Positions 44,886 through 49,220 of a DNA stretch of 49,220 bases are shown here, in pieces. The DNA is from Candidatus Krumholzibacteriia bacterium (GTDB lineage Bacteria > Krumholzibacteriota > Krumholzibacteriia > WVZY01). Under the pieces are notes generated by a model, which had not been told where the DNA came from, searched no databases, and saw nothing but the letters and a program-made list of their open reading frames with translations. Location of the stretch: positions 1-49,220 of the forward strand of contig JAZGDW010000301.1 of NCBI GenBank assembly GCA_036478295.1, given 5' to 3'. Positions within the stretch are counted from its first letter, which is position 1; each line of letters begins with the position of its first letter. The translations under genes and the position numbers were made by a program.

Positions 44886-47800
44886 GTGCGTATCCAGAAA
44901 ACCGCGATCTTTTTTCTTCTCTCGCTTGCCGTCTACCTGCCCACGGCCAGTGTTTCCCAACAAGACACAACACGCACTACCCGTTCCGAGCGGCGCGATA
45001 GCGCCTACCACTTGAGCGCCGGCCGCAGTTCGTTGCGACAGATCGACGGCGAGCGGGTCATCATGCACGAAGACGGCGTCGTCATCACGCACGGCAACGT
45101 TCGCGTCACGTGCCGGCGTGCCCGGCATCACACCCGGCAGCAGGTCACGGTCCTGCTGGGAGAGGTCAACATCGACCGGGCGGATCTGCATATGGAAGGC
45201 GATGAGGGCGAATACCACCGTTTCGAGGACAAGGTGATTCTTCGGGGGAACGTAAAGATCCTCGATGCCGGATGGGTGATTCACTGCGATGAGGCGACTT
45301 TTTTCCGAACTCGGGACGTGGCGTGGTTGAAGGGCAACGTGGTCGCCGTAGACTCGGCGACCACCCTGAAGGCAGACAGTCTCTTCTACGACCGACAGAG
45401 TCTTACGGCGGAGGTATTCGGCAACGTCGCGATAGAGAACGAGGGCGAAGGTATCCGTGTCGAGGGTGAGCACGGTTTCTATTACCGGGACAGGACGGAG
45501 GGCGTTATCGACCGGCTACCGCACCTGCTGGTGGACCCGGACAGCGCGGAGCCGACGTCTGTCGTCGCGGACACCATGCGCTTCTTTCCGGACGACAACC
45601 GTGCCATCGCCGCGGGCCGGGTCAAGATCGTGAAGGGCCATACCATTACCCAGTGTGACTCCGCGGTGTTGATCGACGACGAGCAGCTAATCGAGCTGTA
45701 CGGAAATCCGCTCGCGAAGAAGGACAACGTGTCGATGCAGAGCAACCGTATGGTACTGCACTACAATGAGGATGAAATCGACCGTATCGCCCTCGTCGGG
45801 CAGGCGAACGTCACAGAAACAGCCACCGACCCCCTGGTCGTGGGCCGCGACAGTTGGGTCAAGGGCGACTCGATGATTCTGTTTGTTCGAGACAACCGGC
45901 TGGATTCCATCCGGGTGTCGGGGCACGCCGAAAGCGATTATTATCCCCGGAGCCAGGACCGCGTCGAACGCAATTCCGCCGAGGGTGACCGCATGTTCTT
46001 TGTCTTTGCAAAGGACTCGCTGAAGTTCGTTAGTATTGTCGGTAACGCAGACGGGGTGTACCGCTATCTCGACCTGGCACGAAACGAGACCGCCGATTCG
46101 CTGCGATGGGCTGCCGACACGTCACTCGTGTACGTGCCGTTCGAGGAAAACTCCAAGACAGTGGCCTACGCGGCGGATTCCGTCGAATACTACGCCCGCG
46201 AGCGTGACATGGTACTCGAGAGCAAGGCGAAGGTAGTCTACGACCGGCGAACCCTGCTCGGGGATCACATCACCTACAACGCGGATCTGCAGTTGCTCGA
46301 CGCCACCGGGTCGCCGATCCTGATCGAGGAGCCCGACAAGTTCTACGGCACCCGCATGAATTATGATCTCGACACCGGCGTGGGGCTGGTTCAGGAGGGG
46401 TCGACAAAATTCCTGGATGGATACTATTCCGGGGACAAGATAGCCAAGGTAGGCGATGACGTGCTCAAGGTGTGGAACTCGAGTTATACGACATGTGACC
46501 GCAAGGTACCGCACTATCATTTCAAGAGCAAACAGATGAAAGTGTACCTGAACGACAAGGTCGTATCGGGGCCGATCTTTCTCTATATCGGTGAGACGCC
46601 GATCGCCTTTCTGCCCTTCTTTTCGCAGAACATCCGCCGCGGACGAAGGTCAGGGATTCTCAGGCCCGACTTCGAATTCGGGATCACGAGCGCGGGGACG
46701 CGCTTTATCCGCGACGTCGGCTATTACTGGGCGACGAACGAATATACCGATTTCTTGTTCAGTGGAGATTTCAACGAACGCGAGTCGTTGCGCTTCCGCA
46801 TCAACAATCGCTACAAGTTGCGTTACGTTTTCAACGGTCGTGTGGATTATTCTCATGTTCGCAACCTGAGAACGCCAGGCACGCAGTGGACCTTCTCATC
46901 CAACCACGACCAGAACCTGGGCGAGCGTTTCTCAGTGAACAGCAACCTGCGTTTTGTCAGCAGCGACCAGGCACCGCGGGCAGTGAGCAACCTCGACGAC
47001 GTTGCCAACGTCATCGACCGGCGCATCGAATCACGTCTCAGCGTGCGCAAGGCCTGGGACACGGTGGGATTCAGCGCCTCGGCGCGGCGCGTCGAGAACC
47101 TCGATATCACCGATCCCGGTGCCACCAAAGTCAGCACGACGCTTCCCAACATTTCCCTGTCGATTCCGTCCCGTTCGCTGTACTTCGGCGAGCGGACCCG
47201 GCATGGGGACAAGCCGTTCATGGAGAGCCTGCTCGACGGGATCCGCTTCTCACCGGGGGTGTCGTTCAATCGTGACACCCGCGAACGGATCAACGACCGC
47301 ACAGAAACTATTACCAGCAACCAGTCACTCAATTTTTCCAGCCCGAGGAAGATCGGGTTTATCAACATTTCTCCCAATTTCTCTATGAGCAACAGGTACA
47401 CGCGCACCGTTACCGAGGTTGATCAGCATCTTGAGATCAACAACACCGCCATTCCTCCGGACACGACCCTGATCCCGGCGAGCCGCGACGAGGAGACCGA
47501 CAATGTGTTCAGGTGGGCGACGGGCGCCAGAATCGGCACCAACGTCTACGGTACCTTCTTCCCGAGCATCGGCGCCCTGAGGGGAATACGTCATACGTTC
47601 TCACCAACAGCGAGCTATTCTTTTCAGCCGTCGGTCGGCGGTCGGCCTTCGACGCAACGCTTCACCATAAGTATCAGCAACGCGATCGATCTCAAAATGA
47701 GGGGAAAAGATGAAGAGACAGATCGCAAACTATCAGGTGTTCTCATCTGGGCGCTAAGCTCCAGCTATAACCCGGATGCGCCCAGCAGGCGAGGCTGGAG

Positions 47801-48401
47801 CGACGTCTCCAGCCGTGTCAATACGAGGTTGCTCGGCACCTCGCTCTCGCTCAACCAGATCATCGACCCCTATCAATTGGAGATAAAGAATACGAGCGTT
47901 ACGTCGTCGCTCGGTCTTCGTGGCACGCACAGTTTTGGAAGCGTGAAAGAGGCTACCACCGCCGAGCTGAACGTCGCCGCGTCCGACACCACCGACCGCG
48001 CGCTCGACCTCGAAAGCAAGGCACCTGAGGATCAGCAGGAAGAAGCGAAGAGACCGGAGCGCAAGGGACTGCCCTGGGGCGTTTCGGGGTCGTTCAGCTA
48101 TTCGAAATCACAGTTCGGTGATCCGCGGTCGACACTCAACGCGAACGGAAACATCAGCCTCACCGACAACTGGCGCATCACTTACAGCACGACCTACGAC
48201 GTGGAGCGCCGTGACCTCCTCGGGCAGAACTTTTCCATTCATCGAAGCCTTCACTGCTGGGAGATGTCGTTTACCCGACAAAAACTCGGAGACGAGTGGG
48301 AGTTTTATTTTCGCATCAACATCATTGCGCAGCCGGAAATCTACGTGGAAAAAGGACAGCGGGGGCTCGGTGGTAGCGGAGGCTTCACGTCGCCGTTCTA
48401 G
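44886..48401 (+). CDS. lptD: LptD-like LPS-assembly outer-membrane protein with a greatly extended OstA/LptA-like N-terminal region (1171 aa)
   Basis: Signal peptide after GTG at 44886. Repeated ADSLFYD, ADTMRF, GDSM and ADSVEY jellyroll-like motifs. YTTCD..PHY, RRSGILRP, GYYW, RHTFSP and RSLHCW. C-terminal Phe. Confidence 0.85.
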   Translation: MRIQKTAIFFLLSLAVYLPTASVSQQDTTRTTRSERRDSAYHLSAGRSSLRQIDGERVIMHEDGVVITHGNVRVTCRRARHHTRQQVTVLLGEVNIDRADLHMEGDEGEYHRFEDKVILRGNVKILDAGWVIHCDEATFFRTRDVAWLKGNVVAVDSATTLKADSLFYDRQSLTAEVFGNVAIENEGEGIRVEGEHGFYYRDRTEGVIDRLPHLLVDPDSAEPTSVVADTMRFFPDDNRAIAAGRVKIVKGHTITQCDSAVLIDDEQLIELYGNPLAKKDNVSMQSNRMVLHYNEDEIDRIALVGQANVTETATDPLVVGRDSWVKGDSMILFVRDNRLDSIRVSGHAESDYYPRSQDRVERNSAEGDRMFFVFAKDSLKFVSIVGNADGVYRYLDLARNETADSLRWAADTSLVYVPFEENSKTVAYAADSVEYYARERDMVLESKAKVVYDRRTLLGDHITYNADLQLLDATGSPILIEEPDKFYGTRMNYDLDTGVGLVQEGSTKFLDGYYSGDKIAKVGDDVLKVWNSSYTTCDRKVPHYHFKSKQMKVYLNDKVVSGPIFLYIGETPIAFLPFFSQNIRRGRRSGILRPDFEFGITSAGTRFIRDVGYYWATNEYTDFLFSGDFNERESLRFRINNRYKLRYVFNGRVDYSHVRNLRTPGTQWTFSSNHDQNLGERFSVNSNLRFVSSDQAPRAVSNLDDVANVIDRRIESRLSVRKAWDTVGFSASARRVENLDITDPGATKVSTTLPNISLSIPSRSLYFGERTRHGDKPFMESLLDGIRFSPGVSFNRDTRERINDRTETITSNQSLNFSSPRKIGFINISPNFSMSNRYTRTVTEVDQHLEINNTAIPPDTTLIPASRDEETDNVFRWATGARIGTNVYGTFFPSIGALRGIRHTFSPTASYSFQPSVGGRPSTQRFTISISNAIDLKMRGKDEETDRKLSGVLIWALSSSYNPDAPSRRGWSDVSSRVNTRLLGTSLSLNQIIDPYQLEIKNTSVTSSLGLRGTHSFGSVKEATTAELNVAASDTTDRALDLESKAPEDQQEEAKRPERKGLPWGVSGSFSYSKSQFGDPRSTLNANGNISLTDNWRITYSTTYDVERRDLLGQNFSIHRSLHCWEMSFTRQKLGDEWEFYFRINIIAQPEIYVEKGQRGLGGSGGFTSPF

Positions 48402-48493
48402 CTCCCACGCGTCCGTACAACCACAACGGACCACTCACATTTTGGCCAAGCAGGGAAATCGGCATTGGTATGGGTAAAAACTGATAATACTTG

Positions 48494-48523
48494 TTGACAG
48501 GATTTTTGAGAATTCGCTAAAGT
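48494..48523 (+). promoter_or_regulatory. Putative sigma-70 promoter of the HU gene
   Basis: TTGACA-18 nt-TAAAGT in an AT-rich stretch. Confidence 0.55.
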
Positions 48524-48552
48524 GCCGATAACCACAGGAAGGAGGTGTACGA

Positions 48553-48846
48553 GTGAACAAAACAGAATTGGTCGAAAAAGTTGGCAAGAAGACCGGGCTT
48601 ACGCTGAAGGACGCCAAAATCGTTGTGGACGCGATTTTTAGCACCGTCCCCAAAGAAGGCATAATTGCATCAGAGCTCAACGCCGGACGAAAAGTCCAGA
48701 TCACCGGTTTTGGGACCTTCCAGATTCGGAAGCGGAAGAAGCGTGAGGGCAGGAATCCCCAGACGGGAGAACCGATACAGATTCCGGCGTCACGTTTCCC
48801 CGCGTTCTCGTCAGGCCGGTCACTGAAGGATCGAATCCGCAAGTAG
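48553..48846 (+). CDS. hup: DNA-binding protein HU
   Basis: GGAGGT RBS. MNKTEL, GFGTF, GRNPQTGE and PAF. Confidence 0.97.
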   Translation: MNKTELVEKVGKKTGLTLKDAKIVVDAIFSTVPKEGIIASELNAGRKVQITGFGTFQIRKRKKREGRNPQTGEPIQIPASRFPAFSSGRSLKDRIRK

Positions 48847-48872
48847 TCGTACAAGCTTGCCGGAATGTTTTT

Positions 48873-48902
48873 AAAGGCGGGGCTTTTGCCCCGCCTTTTT
48901 TT
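48873..48902 (+). terminator. Rho-independent terminator of the HU gene
   Basis: AAAGGCGGGGC-TTTT-GCCCCGCC followed by T7. Confidence 0.93.
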
Positions 48903-48994
48903 GATGGGCTCGGTGGCAATCGTCTGATGTACAATGGGTTAGGAGCCCCGCGATCCGGTTTGCCCCGGCCGCCTCAATCCGGTATTTTAATCAC

Positions 48995-49220
48995 ATGATA
49001 AATCGCTACCAAGCATGTTCATTGTCCGGGTGGCGACGCGCGCTTCGCGTTGTCGCGACAGTCACCGTGTGTCTCGTACTGGCCGCGGCGCCGGCGGCTG
49101 GCGTCGAGGATTTTCTGGTGCCGGGTGTCGACCTCGCCAGCCTGACTTTCGTGGAGGGGGGGTGGTGCCGCTAACTGGTGACGGACGAGGCACTGGGCCA
49201 GGTGGACTCGACGGAGGTAT
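48995..49220 (+). pseudogene. Possible exported-protein gene with an in-frame TAA at 49172-49174; runs off the window end
   Basis: MINRYQ...RRALRVVATVTVCLVLAAAPAAG-VEDFLVPGVDLASLTFVEGGWCR*LVTDEALGQVDSTEV. Signal-peptide-like start and a natural-looking continuation after the stop. Confidence 0.45.

Overview
A GC-rich bacterial chromosomal window made up mostly of + strand housekeeping operons. A T9SS-CTD/FlgD-like C-terminal domain, a PorX-like PglZ regulator next to tsaE, a long IspH and an HU with an insertion suggest an FCB-related lineage such as Krumholzibacteriota, Latescibacterota or Eisenbacteria; this is inference only. In order, the window holds: (1) the 3' end of a terminase-large-subunit-like ORF; (2) a respiratory gene island at about 0.3-9 kb with an Mrp/ApbC ATPase, a Zn-ribbon/PCP_red protein, a CopD-like protein, a blue-copper lipoprotein, an atypical CydA-like oxidase subunit with no CydB, and three c-type cytochromes, with two copies of a covarying hairpin element flanking the mrp gene; (3) pyrR-pyrB-pyrC-[TPR lipoprotein]-pyrK-pyrD-pyrF behind a PyrR-type attenuator; (4) a permease, an M16 peptidase, a REP-like repeat cluster, a probably leaderless ispH, an NHL-repeat secreted protein, a STAS protein and a methyltransferase; (5) a frameshifted pilT behind a sigma-54 promoter; (6) a nucleotide-sugar/flippase/WecA-like cluster; (7) an intact HemC homologue that has lost its catalytic residues, followed by serS; (8) histidine kinase, PorX-like regulator, tsaE, tsaB, rimI and PNP; (9) accD, folC, a ROK kinase, a very long LptA/LptD-like protein and HU. 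No rRNA, tRNA, CRISPR array or transposase was seen. All calls come from reading motifs by eye; no searches were run.
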